Positions 30,801 through 40,701 of a stretch of 64,000 nt of DNA are shown piece by piece. Positions within the stretch are counted from its first letter, which is position 1, and each line of letters begins with the position of its first letter. Source of the stretch: an uncultured delta proteobacterium (GTDB taxonomy: Bacteria > Desulfobacterota > Binatia > UBA9968); assembly GCA_963745835.1 (NCBI GenBank), contig CAVUZH010000016.1, positions 192,001 to 256,000 on the forward strand, in the 5' to 3' direction. The notes under the pieces are model-generated. The model was given only the letters and a program-made list of their open reading frames with translations, ran no database searches and was not told the DNA's origin. Position numbers and translations under genes: made by a program.

Positions 30801-32573
30801 TCAACCCTTCAGTCGTTCGGCCAAGGCTTTGTGTTCTTCCTTGATGCCGCTCGGTAGGTGGTCACCGAATTTATCGAAATATTCACCTTGGCTTTTTAAA
30901 TTCGCTTTCCATGCGTCGCGGTCGACAGTCACTAACTGTTCAAGATCCGATTTAGAAACATTAAGTCCATCGCCGTTGAGGCTCGAAGTCTTGGGAACAT
31001 AGCCGATCGGCGTCTCATCGGCTTGACCGCCGCCCTTTGAGCGTTCGACAACCCAGCGCAGTACCCGCAAGTTCTCGCCGAATCCCGGCCAGATAAATTT
31101 TCCTTGATCATTCCGTTGAAACCAATTGACGCGAAATATTTTCGGCGGATTGCTGGCTCGCTTCGCGATGGACAGCCAATGGCCCCAATAGTCGCCCATG
31201 TTGTAACCACAAAACGGTAGCATCGCCATGGGATCGCGCCGCACAACTCCGACCGCGCCTGTGGCCGCAGCGGTAGTTTCCGAAGCTAAAGTGGCACCGA
31301 GGAAAGTGCCGTGTTGCCAATCAAAGGACTGGTAAACCAGAGGGACCACTTTATTGCGGCGGGCGCCAAATAAAATTGCGCTGATCGGCACCCCTTCCGG
31401 TTTTTCCCATTCGGGAGAGTACGTTGGACACTGTTTCAGTGACACTGTGAATCGGGAGTTCGGATGCGCCGCCGGATGACCGCCCTTCGGATCCCACGCC
31501 TTGCCGCGCCAATCAATTGCGTTGGCCGGCACCGGATCATCGTGTCCTTCCCACCACACTGTGCCGTCGGATCGAAGCGCCACATTTGTAAATATCGTGT
31601 CCCTTTGAACGGTTTTCATCGCATTGGGATTGGTTTTAGATCCGGTCCCCGGCGCTACGCCGAAGAAGCCGGCTTCAGGATTAATCGCCCACAATCTACC
31701 GTCCGAACCGACCCTGAGCCAGGATATATCATCGCCCACGGTGTGGATCTTCCATCCCTTCATACTCGCCGGCGGAACCAACATGGCGAGGTTGGTTTTT
31801 CCGCATGCGCTCGGGAAGGCCCCGCAGATATAATGAATCTCGCCGTCCGGGCTCTCGACGCCTACGATCAGCATGTGCTCGGCGAGCCAGCCTTCTTTTT
31901 CACCGAGTTTACTGGCGATTCGCAGCGCCAAACATTTTTTGGCAAGCAAGGCGTTGCCACCATATCCGGAGCCGACACTCCAGATTGTATTATCTTGAGG
32001 ATAGTGGCAGATAAACCGCCGGTCCATGTCGAGATCAGCTTTGGAATGAAGACACCGGGTGAAATCGTTGGAGCTGCCTAGATGGTCGAGAGCCACTTTG
32101 CCCATCCGCGTCATGATGCGCATATTGAGCACCACATAGACGCTATCCGTGAGTTGCACCCCAACCTTACTGAAGGCGGAACCTTCCGGCCCCATGAGGA
32201 AAGGAATGACATACATCGTTCGACCGCGCATCGCGCCGGCAAAAATCTTGGCAAGACGGTCATAAGACTCAGCCGGCGCCATCCAGTTGTTGTTGGGCCC
32301 GGCTTCCTCTTCCGTTGGGGTGCAGACGAAGGTTAGATTTTCAGTGCGGGCGACATCGTTGAGAGCGCTTCGATGCAAATAGGAACCCGGCAATTTGTTT
32401 TGGTTCAACGGCATCAAATCGCCGATTTCAACAGCGACTCCTGTAAGTTGCTCCCGTTCTGATTCGGAACCGTCACACCAAAAGACGTTGTCAGGTTGGC
32501 ACATCGCTGCCATGTCCTTTACCCACTTTTGAATATGAGGATTTGCCGGTGCCTTTCCTGTTGAATTACTCAT
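30801..32573 (-). CDS. pckG: phosphoenolpyruvate carboxykinase (GTP)
   Basis: GSGYGGNALLAKKC, FPSACGKTNLAM, VGDDISW, AHPNSRF, DPMAMLPFCGYN. Confidence 0.96.
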   Translation of the reverse strand: MSNSTGKAPANPHIQKWVKDMAAMCQPDNVFWCDGSESEREQLTGVAVEIGDLMPLNQNKLPGSYLHRSALNDVARTENLTFVCTPTEEEAGPNNNWMAPAESYDRLAKIFAGAMRGRTMYVIPFLMGPEGSAFSKVGVQLTDSVYVVLNMRIMTRMGKVALDHLGSSNDFTRCLHSKADLDMDRRFICHYPQDNTIWSVGSGYGGNALLAKKCLALRIASKLGEKEGWLAEHMLIVGVESPDGEIHYICGAFPSACGKTNLAMLVPPASMKGWKIHTVGDDISWLRVGSDGRLWAINPEAGFFGVAPGTGSKTNPNAMKTVQRDTIFTNVALRSDGTVWWEGHDDPVPANAIDWRGKAWDPKGGHPAAHPNSRFTVSLKQCPTYSPEWEKPEGVPISAILFGARRNKVVPLVYQSFDWQHGTFLGATLASETTAAATGAVGVVRRDPMAMLPFCGYNMGDYWGHWLSIAKRASNPPKIFRVNWFQRNDQGKFIWPGFGENLRVLRWVVERSKGGGQADETPIGYVPKTSSLNGDGLNVSKSDLEQLVTVDRDAWKANLKSQGEYFDKFGDHLPSGIKEEHKALAERLKG

Positions 32574-32698
32574 GCGCCACAATTCTCCCTTTCAAAACGA
32601 CGCGAAGGTCGAGTCATCCTAGAACCCGCGGAATTTCTGGTCCGGCTAGACGACGAACCGAATCAAAAGCCAGACCGGCAAGCATTGCTCCAATAATA

Positions 32699-32728
32699 AA
32701 ATTAGCCGATGAAAAGCGGCAATGTCAA
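32699..32728 (-). promoter_or_regulatory. sigma70-type promoter for pckG
   Basis: minus strand TTGACA-N18-TAATTT, about 125 nt before the pckG start. Confidence 0.45.
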
Positions 32729-32866
32729 CTGAGTTGGGGGGCGGGCGCGTGATCGTAACGAGCGATGCTCATCTAGCTTTTCGAGAAGAGTCGACGATAA
32801 GGGACTTCGAAACAGTGAAACTCGCATCGAGCCGGCGTCGACGTGGACGCCGATCCCGCACGGAGG

Positions 32867-33778
32867 TTATTCTTTGAACACGCGCAGTAACCGCCAACCG
32901 CCGCTAGGAATATCCTCGTTCCAGCCGATCAAGGCGACCAGATCACCGCGCGCATCCAGTAAGCGTACCAGCTCCAGTTTTTCAAGAGGCTTGCCGATCT
33001 GGCTCAAGCATTCCTGCTGGCCCATACGGAGGCGGGCAAGCCAGCGGTGATCCCAAGTGATCCCTCTTAGATGGCTAAGCGCACTGCTCAACGAAATCAT
33101 CGCGCTCTCTGCTCGGGTGCTAAGTCGCTCAAGCTCATCGAGGCTCACCGCCCGCTCTATTGTTAGATGGCCGCAAGCGATTCGCCGCAAACTCTTCAAG
33201 TGCGCCCCGCAACCGAGCGTTTCACCCAGATCTGCAGCCAAGGTCCGCACATAAGTCCCTCGCGAGCAGGTAACGTCGATACCAACTTCCGTACAATTGA
33301 TCTGACGCAATTGGATAGAATCGATTTGGATTGTTCTCGGCAGCCGCGGCACTTCTTTGCCCTGCCGCGCCAGTTTGTACAGCCGCACTCCGTCTCTTTT
33401 TAGCGCCGAGAACATCGGCGGAGTCTGCTGCAGCTCGCCGCTGAACCGTTGCTCCAGAACACGCAGCTCACGGTCGCCAAGCGACGGAACCGGGCGCGTC
33501 TTCACCACAACGCCGGTGGAGTCCTGCGAATCGGTTGCTACTCCCAGGGTCACAACACCGCGGTAACTTTTCGGCGCGCGCAAAAAAATGTCCGAGATCT
33601 TAGTCCCTTCGTTTATTCCTAACAGTAGCAATCCCGAGGCAAAGGGATCGAGGGTGCCGAGATGGCCTACCTTTTTGGCGCCGAGAGAAACCTTTGCCCT
33701 GTGCACGATATGCGCCGAAGAAGGCCCTTCCGGCTTATCGACCAAAAGAAGACCGCTTTTTATCATCGATTTTTGCAC
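32867..33778 (-). CDS. truB: tRNA pseudouridine(55) synthase
   Basis: VDKPEG, GHLGTLDPFASG, QTPPMFSALK, CSRGTYVRTL; follows rbfA. Confidence 0.95.
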   Translation of the reverse strand: MQKSMIKSGLLLVDKPEGPSSAHIVHRAKVSLGAKKVGHLGTLDPFASGLLLLGINEGTKISDIFLRAPKSYRGVVTLGVATDSQDSTGVVVKTRPVPSLGDRELRVLEQRFSGELQQTPPMFSALKRDGVRLYKLARQGKEVPRLPRTIQIDSIQLRQINCTEVGIDVTCSRGTYVRTLAADLGETLGCGAHLKSLRRIACGHLTIERAVSLDELERLSTRAESAMISLSSALSHLRGITWDHRWLARLRMGQQECLSQIGKPLEKLELVRLLDARGDLVALIGWNEDIPSGGWRLLRVFKE

Positions 33779-33826
33779 GTTGGGAAAAACTTGAAGATGA
33801 GAGTTGCGGCTTTAAGCGAGACTAGG

Positions 33827-34171
33827 TTACTGCTTTACTTGCCTGAGAAGCTTCTCGATGCGCTCTGCCTCGTCGACAGAATCGTCGTAGAAAAATTCGA
33901 TAGCCGGAACGAAGCGAAGTTTGAGCTGTTTGCCGATTCTGGCACGGATAAATCCCAAGGCGCTCTTCAATCCCGCTAGCACCGCGTCCTTGTTCTCAGA
34001 AGCGCCGCCTAAAATGGTGAAGTAAATCCGCGCCTGCCGCAAATCCTTGGTTACCTTGGCAGCGGTAATCGTTACCGCAGTAACCCGAGGGTCGCGAATG
34101 TCTTCGCGCAACACGTCCGCGATAACTTCGGTGAGCAGTTCACCGACCCGTTCTGATCGCTGATAATCCAT
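33827..34171 (-). CDS. rbfA: ribosome-binding factor A
   Basis: RSERV, DPRV..VTIT, DLRQARIY, LRFVP.IEF..D. Confidence 0.95.
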   Translation of the reverse strand: MDYQRSERVGELLTEVIADVLREDIRDPRVTAVTITAAKVTKDLRQARIYFTILGGASENKDAVLAGLKSALGFIRARIGKQLKLRFVPAIEFFYDDSVDEAERIEKLLRQVKQ

Positions 34172-34183
34172 GCATTGGAAGAG

Positions 34184-34468
34184 TTAGCAATAGAAGAACT
34201 CGATATCGGAATCGGCGACTTGGGCTAATCCGAGCTCATCAACGAAGTCGACGATTTTGTTAAGAGTTTTCTCAATGATTTCTTTATGGGTGCCGATCAA
34301 GCCAAAGCCCAGCACGGCGCTTTGCCATAGATCCTGATCGCCACATTCGGTCACTGACACGTTAAAGCGGTTGGCGACGCGCGCCTGAATACGTTTAAGC
34401 ACGCCGCGCTTGCCTTTCAACGAATGATTCTCGGGAAGTAGAAGATTCACCTTCAGAACCCCGACCAC
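34184..34468 (-). CDS. DUF503 (YlxP-like) protein
   Basis: HSLKGKR, RFNVSVTE, QDLWQ; conserved position between infB and rbfA. Confidence 0.9.
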   Translation of the reverse strand: MVGVLKVNLLLPENHSLKGKRGVLKRIQARVANRFNVSVTECGDQDLWQSAVLGFGLIGTHKEIIEKTLNKIVDFVDELGLAQVADSDIEFFYC

Positions 34469-34509
34469 GGCGCTCGGAGTCGGATCTCGAGAATGCTTAC
34501 GGCCGATTG

Positions 34510-37293
34510 CTATCTCCCGGCATAATGGGAGGCTTCACGACCGCTTTGAACCGGGCTGATTCGCCGCACCACCGCAGTTCGCTCGTAAGCCTCGACGACA
34601 TCACCTTGCTTGATGTCCTGAAACCCTTCGATCGACAGACCGCATTCATAGCCGGCGGACACTTCCCGCACATCATCTTTGAAGCGTTTCAAACTGGCGA
34701 GTTTGCCCTCGTGCACGACCACATGGTCTCTCAAGATTCGCACTAAATTACCGCGCTGAATCTTGCCCTCGGTGACATAGCAGCCGGCGATGGTGCCGAC
34801 CCCTTGGATATTGAAAATCTGCCGGATATCGACTCGACCTTGGGTTTGCTCGCGGAAGGTGGGCTCCAACATGCCCTCCATCGCGGCCCGGACATCGGCC
34901 ACGGCCTCGTAAATGACCGTATAGAGGCGCACGTCGACACCTTCCTGCGACGCCAAAGCTTGGCCTTTAGATTCGGGACGGACATTGAAGCCAATCACGA
35001 TTGCGTTGGAGGCTGCGGCCAAAAGAATATCGCTCTCGGTAATGCCGCCAACCGAACCATGAAGGACTCGCAACTTTACTTCAGCTGTGGACATGCGCGT
35101 CAGCGCATCGGTAAGCGCCTCAACCGAACCTTGCACATCGGCTTTGACCACCACCCGTAGCTCCTTGACATCACCGGTCTTGATCTGATCATAAAGTTCT
35201 TCCAGCGACACTTTGCTCGATTTGACCAGCTCGGTTTCTCGTTGCTTAGTATGACGATGTTCGGCAACTTGCCTTGCCTTGGACTCGTCGGCCACCGCGA
35301 TGAAAGAGTCGCCGGCCTGCGGCACGCCTTGCAAACCGAGGATTTCGACCGGCGAAGAGGGCGGGGCGATCTCAACCTTCTGACCAAGATCGTTGATCAT
35401 AGCGCGCACTTTTCCATGGAACACGCCGCAAACGAACGCATCGCCGACGCGCAGCGTTCCTTCTTGAACCAGCACGGTGGCAACCGGCCCGCGTCCGCGA
35501 TCCAACTTTGCCTCAACGATCGCCCCACGCGCCAGCTTGTCGGGATTGGCTTGGAGCTCGAGAATATCCGCTTGCAACAGCAACATTTCCAGCAGGTGCG
35601 GAATTCCCTCCTGAGTTTTTGCCGAGACCGGAGCAAACACGGCATCGCCGCCCCAGTCTTCCGACACCAGACCATGTTCGGAAAGTCCCCGCTTCACACG
35701 CTCCAGATCTGCGTCTGGCTTGTCGATCTTGTTGACGGCAACGATGATCGGCACCTCCGCCGCGCGAGCGTGATTGATCGCTTCAACCGTTTGCGGCATG
35801 ACACCGTCATCAGCCGCCACAACCAGGACAACTATATCGGTGACTTTAGCGCCACGCGCCCGCATCGCCGTAAAAGCTTCGTGACCCGGCGTATCCAAAA
35901 ATGTGACACTGCGGCCATCAACCTGAACGTGATAGGCGCCGATGTGCTGCGTAATCCCGCCATGTTCCTGGGCCGTGACATTGGTGCTGCGAATGGCATC
36001 GAGCAGCGAGGTTTTGCCGTGGTCGACATGACCCATAATCGTCACGACAGGAGGGCGTGACACCAGCATCGATTCTTCTTCCACATGCTCGACTTCCAAA
36101 ACGCTCTCGGCATCGAAAGCAACATTTTCCACCTGATAGTCGAAATCGGCCGCCACCAACGTCGCCGTGTCAACATCCAACACCTGATTGATGCTGGCCA
36201 TCATGCCGAGACTCATTAGCTTCTTGATCACATCACCGGCCTTGATGCCCATCTCACGCGCCAAATCTCCCACCGTAATAACTTCTGAGATCCGGATGAC
36301 GCGTTTACTGGCGCGCGGCACGGTGATTTCAGTTTTTCGCTGTTCTTTGCCTGGCAGAGCGCGTTTCTTCTTTGGAATTCGGCCGGAGCGGAGCTCTTTC
36401 TCCCGAAATTCCAAGACATCTTGTTTTTTAACGACTCGTTTCTTGTGGCGGCCGGCTTTAGGCTTCTCGGCTTCTCCGGCAGCAGGTTTGGCTGCTTCGC
36501 CATCGCGCGCCGGCCGTGCTGCCTCATTTGCGGCTGGCGGAACTCCGGGCGATCCCGGCACCGGACGCCGTGGCGCAGACGGTGCCGCCGGAGCGATCGT
36601 GACGGTACGCTTTAAATCGATGCGGCCGAGAACTCGCGCGCCGCGTGGGGCTTCCTTCGGCGCCGCAGCTGGCGCTGCCACTGTCTGGGCTTGAGGCGGC
36701 GGAGCAGAAGGGGACGACACTGGCGGTCGATCGCGTACCGGAACTGGCTGCGCTTGCCTCTCTTCCGCTGAAACCGGCTCCTCGATTTCACCCGGCATCT
36801 CTTCCGCTTCTTCATGATGTGAAACATCGCCCTCGGGCACAATCGCGTTTAAAGCCGAATCATCCTCATAGAAAGGCATGGTGGCGGCTAGGTCTTCGAA
36901 ATCGGCACTGGGTTGTGGGATGGGCGTGGAAACCGCTTCGGCTTGACTTGAATCGGCCTCATGGGTTTCTGCCTGAACCTCGACTCGACTCGTCCTTCGA
37001 CGAATCACGTTGGCGCGAACGCGGCGTTCAACGATGGTCTCGCGGGCCTGGATCTCGCCTAAGCTTTCGTCATCGGCGGTCACAACTCGGTCGGCCACAA
37101 CCTTCTCTTCGCCGACGTGCACGTGCGGTTTTTCCTGTGCCGCTAAAGCAGCGCGCACCCGAGTGACTTCCTCATCCTCGAGGGAGCTTTGGGCCTTGCG
37201 CCCCCTGATTCCCAAACGCTCGAGTTGAGCGACCAGATCCTTGGTCTCCATCTCCAACTCTTTCGCCAATAGATGGACTCGCATTTTTCCCAT
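34510..37293 (-). CDS. infB: translation initiation factor IF-2
   Basis: [40 protein letters not shown]. Confidence 0.98.
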   Translation of the reverse strand: MGKMRVHLLAKELEMETKDLVAQLERLGIRGRKAQSSLEDEEVTRVRAALAAQEKPHVHVGEEKVVADRVVTADDESLGEIQARETIVERRVRANVIRRRTSRVEVQAETHEADSSQAEAVSTPIPQPSADFEDLAATMPFYEDDSALNAIVPEGDVSHHEEAEEMPGEIEEPVSAEERQAQPVPVRDRPPVSSPSAPPPQAQTVAAPAAAPKEAPRGARVLGRIDLKRTVTIAPAAPSAPRRPVPGSPGVPPAANEAARPARDGEAAKPAAGEAEKPKAGRHKKRVVKKQDVLEFREKELRSGRIPKKKRALPGKEQRKTEITVPRASKRVIRISEVITVGDLAREMGIKAGDVIKKLMSLGMMASINQVLDVDTATLVAADFDYQVENVAFDAESVLEVEHVEEESMLVSRPPVVTIMGHVDHGKTSLLDAIRSTNVTAQEHGGITQHIGAYHVQVDGRSVTFLDTPGHEAFTAMRARGAKVTDIVVLVVAADDGVMPQTVEAINHARAAEVPIIVAVNKIDKPDADLERVKRGLSEHGLVSEDWGGDAVFAPVSAKTQEGIPHLLEMLLLQADILELQANPDKLARGAIVEAKLDRGRGPVATVLVQEGTLRVGDAFVCGVFHGKVRAMINDLGQKVEIAPPSSPVEILGLQGVPQAGDSFIAVADESKARQVAEHRHTKQRETELVKSSKVSLEELYDQIKTGDVKELRVVVKADVQGSVEALTDALTRMSTAEVKLRVLHGSVGGITESDILLAAASNAIVIGFNVRPESKGQALASQEGVDVRLYTVIYEAVADVRAAMEGMLEPTFREQTQGRVDIRQIFNIQGVGTIAGCYVTEGKIQRGNLVRILRDHVVVHEGKLASLKRFKDDVREVSAGYECGLSIEGFQDIKQGDVVEAYERTAVVRRISPVQSGREASHYAGR

Positions 37294-37296
37294 CTG

Positions 37297-37587
37297 TTAC
37301 TCCCGATAACCCTCGCTCAAGATCTGAATAAGCTTTTGTTTTGCTTCTTTGCTGATGTTCACACGAAATGCCCGGTGCGTGTTCTTGCGCCGGAGGAACG
37401 CTTGCCAGCAGTCGTGCCGGTGATGAAGATAACCGCCGCGCCCGTATCCTCTTGAATCGGTGATTAACTCGCCGTCTGCGCCAATGATGATACGAATAAG
37501 GCTTTTCTGATCGTCCCTAACACCACATCCGAGACACGTTCGCTGCGGACGATGTTCATCCCTTGCCAACGAGCCGTCGATCATCAA
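37297..37587 (-). CDS. ylxR: YlxR/DUF448 RNA-binding protein
   Basis: PQRTCLGC, GRGGY; lies between nusA and infB. Confidence 0.85.
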   Translation of the reverse strand: MMIDGSLARDEHRPQRTCLGCGVRDDQKSLIRIIIGADGELITDSRGYGRGGYLHHRHDCWQAFLRRKNTHRAFRVNISKEAKQKLIQILSEGYRE

Positions 37588-38951
37588 TCCCTTGTAATTC
37601 CTTGCGCCGGATCGGACGCAACCGCTGTGTCGTCAGGCGCCACAGTCTCAGACGGCGCCGTTTCATGCGTGTGCTCAGCCGCGTTGGCCTTTTCTTCCTC
37701 TGCTTTCAAGCGCTTTTCGGCGACATATTCCTTAGCCGATTTGTGCAACGATTCAGCTTTTTCTTTGCTGATGCCTTCGACGTCGAGAATATCCTCGAGC
37801 TCGCTTTCCGCAATTTCCTCCGCCGATTTAAACCCGGCTTGATAGAGTAGCTCAGCAGCAAAATCGTTGATGCCGGGTATCGCGCCGATCGACATACGCG
37901 CGCGGCGCGTCTCTTCTTCGGCCTCCGCTTCGCTGCGAACATCGATGCGCCAGCCGGTCAGCCGCGCGGCCAACCGGACATTTTGCCCCTTCTTGCCGAT
38001 GGCCAACGACAGCTGATCGTCCGGCACAATCACTTCCATGCTGTGCTCGTCGTCGTCGATAATGATCTTGGATACCTTGGCTGGCGCCAAAGCTCGGCAA
38101 ACATATTCCGCTTGGTCCGGTATCCAGTGCACAATGTCGATCTTTTCGCCGCGCAGCTCCTGAACAACCGCCTGAACACGAGTGCCTTTCATGCCAACGC
38201 AGGCGCCGACCGGATCGACGTCCGAATCATTGGAAATCACCGCGATCTTTGCTCTGCCGCCCGGTTCACGCGCGGCCCCTTTGACTTCAACAATACCCTC
38301 GTAAATCTCCGGTACTTCCTGAGCGAACAGTTGGATCAACATGCCCGGATGGGTGCGCGACAAAACAATTTGCGGACCCCGGCTGGTAATCTCCACACTG
38401 ACGATATAGGCGCGGATCCGATCACCCTGTCGATATCGCTCTCGGGGAACCTGTTCCTTCTCAGGCAGTATCGCGTCGGTGCGCCCTAAATTGACGATGA
38501 TGTTGCGCCGCTCGAACCGTTGCACGATGCCATTGACGAGCTGCCCTTCGCGGCCTTTGAACTCGTTGTAGATAATTTCGCGCTCGGCATCGCGCACACG
38601 TTGGACGATATTTTGTTTGGCTGCCTGAGCGGCAATGCGGCCGAACATGCTGGAATCCAGCTTACACAGCAGCTCATCGCCAATCTCAGCATCCGGATCC
38701 AAGCTCTCTTTGGCCTCGTTCAAGGTGACCTCAACCGCGGCATCGGTAACACTCTCCACGACCGTTTTGGCTTCGAAAAGCTCCACTTCGCCAATTTCCG
38801 GATTAAACTGTGCTTCGATTTTGCGCTGATGACCAAATGTTTTCTTGGCGGCGGAAACCATCGCAGTTTCCAAGGCGGCGATAAGGATCGACTTGTCGAT
38901 CCCCTTCTCTTTGCTTACCTGCTCGATAACCCGGTTTAGATCCTGCTGCAT
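37584..38951 (-). CDS. nusA: transcription termination/antitermination factor NusA
   Basis: FGRIAAQAAKQ, AREPGGRAKIAV, GACVGMKG, AIGKKGQNVRLA. Confidence 0.98.
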   Translation of the reverse strand: MQQDLNRVIEQVSKEKGIDKSILIAALETAMVSAAKKTFGHQRKIEAQFNPEIGEVELFEAKTVVESVTDAAVEVTLNEAKESLDPDAEIGDELLCKLDSSMFGRIAAQAAKQNIVQRVRDAEREIIYNEFKGREGQLVNGIVQRFERRNIIVNLGRTDAILPEKEQVPRERYRQGDRIRAYIVSVEITSRGPQIVLSRTHPGMLIQLFAQEVPEIYEGIVEVKGAAREPGGRAKIAVISNDSDVDPVGACVGMKGTRVQAVVQELRGEKIDIVHWIPDQAEYVCRALAPAKVSKIIIDDDEHSMEVIVPDDQLSLAIGKKGQNVRLAARLTGWRIDVRSEAEAEEETRRARMSIGAIPGINDFAAELLYQAGFKSAEEIAESELEDILDVEGISKEKAESLHKSAKEYVAEKRLKAEEEKANAAEHTHETAPSETVAPDDTAVASDPAQGITRD

Positions 38952-39425
38952 TTACGCGCTCCAATCGTGCTCGTAATTCGATTTTTCAATCATCGAAAAC
39001 GGAATTTCGTACTGTTTGCCTTCGACCTCAACTTTAATCTTCTCGTCGGTTATCTCGCTGAGAATTCCCAAGAAAGAGCGCCGTCCATCGATCATATCGC
39101 CGGTTCGAACACGCACACGCTTGCCGATGAATCGTCGAAAGTGCTCCGGCTTTTTAAGTGGACGGTTGATACCCGGCGAGGATACTTCCAGGGTGTAAGA
39201 TCCCTCTACAATGTCATGAGTGTCGAGAAGCTCGCTGAGTTGCCGGCTGACCCGTCCCAGCTCGTCGATGTTGGGACCGCCGTCTTTATCGAGGTAGAGC
39301 CGTAGAACTCTTCCGCCTCGGCTACCTTCGCGCCTGAGTTCTACGTCGACGACTTCCATCCCTTCACCGTCCGCAATCTGGGTTGCAACTTCCCATATTC
39401 GCGAGACGGTTCGATCTATTACCAT
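38952..39425 (-). CDS. rimP: ribosome maturation factor RimP
   Basis: LRLYLDK, YTLEVSSPGINRPL; first gene of the nusA operon. Confidence 0.93.
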   Translation of the reverse strand: MVIDRTVSRIWEVATQIADGEGMEVVDVELRREGSRGGRVLRLYLDKDGGPNIDELGRVSRQLSELLDTHDIVEGSYTLEVSSPGINRPLKKPEHFRRFIGKRVRVRTGDMIDGRRSFLGILSEITDEKIKVEVEGKQYEIPFSMIEKSNYEHDWSA

Positions 39426-39433
39426 AGCCCAGA

Positions 39434-39460
39434 AACAAAAAAAGCGGGCAGAGCCCACTT
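39434..39460 (-). promoter_or_regulatory. rimP leader hairpin with U tract (attenuator-like)
   Basis: minus strand AAGTGGGC-TCT-GCCCGCTT-TTTTTGTTT ending about 9 nt before the rimP ATG. Confidence 0.65.
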
Positions 39461-39590
39461 CGAGTCGCAACTCCAAAAGTGTAGTTTTTTCTACCACGGA
39501 GCCGCTCATTAATGCAAGCCCCAGCGGCGCTGTAACGGTTGCCTAATAGAGTTTATTTGCTATGCTTTTCCACGCCCGCCAATCCACGTC

Positions 39591-40700
39591 ATGAAAACAA
39601 TCAAGCCGCTGTCCACTCCCCTTGAACGACAGATCTCATGGGAGCAGATTCTATCCAGCGTTGAAGACGGGGTGATTACCCTGGATCGCAGCGGCAAAGT
39701 TTCTTTCTTCAATGAGGCGGCGGAAATGCTCACCGATCTGGCGGCGTCGCGGGCTATGAGCTTGTCATTTCTACGGATCTTTCGCAAAGAAACTTGGCTG
39801 GTGGAATTGATTAAAAAGAGCTTTCCACCAACGCAGGAAAGCGCCAGAGGCGAAGGCGATCTCGTATCGCGGTGGGGGAAAAAGGTGCCCGTAGGCGTTA
39901 CCGTGTCTCCGCTTCTAGAGCCCGATGGCAGCTGCCTTGGCAGCATCCTGCTGGTGCGCAATCTAACCCATCACAAGGAACTGGAAGAAGATCTCAAGCG
40001 CGCAGACCGTCTAGCGATGGTTGGCACTTTGGCCGCGGGATTGGCGCACGAAATTCGCAATCCGCTCGGCGGCATCAAAGGCGCCGCGCAGTTATTGCGC
40101 CGTTCTTTGGATCCCGATTCTTCACTGCTCGAATACACCAACATCATGAATCGGGAGGTCGACCGGGTCAACCTCCTAATCGAGCAACTGCTCGATCTAT
40201 CGCGACCGGCAAAACTGGAGATCGTTTCAATAAACATTCACCAAGTTCTGGAAGAGGTTCTCTCGCTGGAGCTGAAAACGCAAGCCGGACCAACTGTCGA
40301 TGTCAAAAAACGCTTCGATCCAAGTCTGCCGCCGATTCGCGGCGATCGGAATCGGCTCACGCAGGTTTTTCTAAATCTGGTGAAGAATGGCTATCAAGCG
40401 ATGAACGGGTCGGGGACTTTGACGATTACGACACGTCTGGAGACCGATAGGCATGTTCGCGGCCAGGGCGCCGGACGAAGTAGGTTTATCTGGGTGGAAA
40501 TTGCGGACCACGGAGTTGGCATCAAGGACGAAGACCTGCTGCATATTTTTTCGCCGTTCTTCACGACCAAAAACAGCGGCACTGGCCTTGGACTCGCCGT
40601 TTGTTATTGGATTATAAAAGAACACGGCGGAATTATTCGCGTCGAGAGCGTCGAGGGAAAAGGATCCACTTTCAAAGTCTCTTTAGTGGTAGCGGATTAG
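39591..40700 (+). CDS. PAS-domain sensor histidine kinase (NtrB/GlnL-like)
   Basis: PAS domain, AHEIRNPLGGIKGAAQLL H-box, FDPSLP, QVFLNLVKN, GTGLGL. Confidence 0.9.
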   Translation: MKTIKPLSTPLERQISWEQILSSVEDGVITLDRSGKVSFFNEAAEMLTDLAASRAMSLSFLRIFRKETWLVELIKKSFPPTQESARGEGDLVSRWGKKVPVGVTVSPLLEPDGSCLGSILLVRNLTHHKELEEDLKRADRLAMVGTLAAGLAHEIRNPLGGIKGAAQLLRRSLDPDSSLLEYTNIMNREVDRVNLLIEQLLDLSRPAKLEIVSINIHQVLEEVLSLELKTQAGPTVDVKKRFDPSLPPIRGDRNRLTQVFLNLVKNGYQAMNGSGTLTITTRLETDRHVRGQGAGRSRFIWVEIADHGVGIKDEDLLHIFSPFFTTKNSGTGLGLAVCYWIIKEHGGIIRVESVEGKGSTFKVSLVVAD

Positions 40701-40701
40701 C

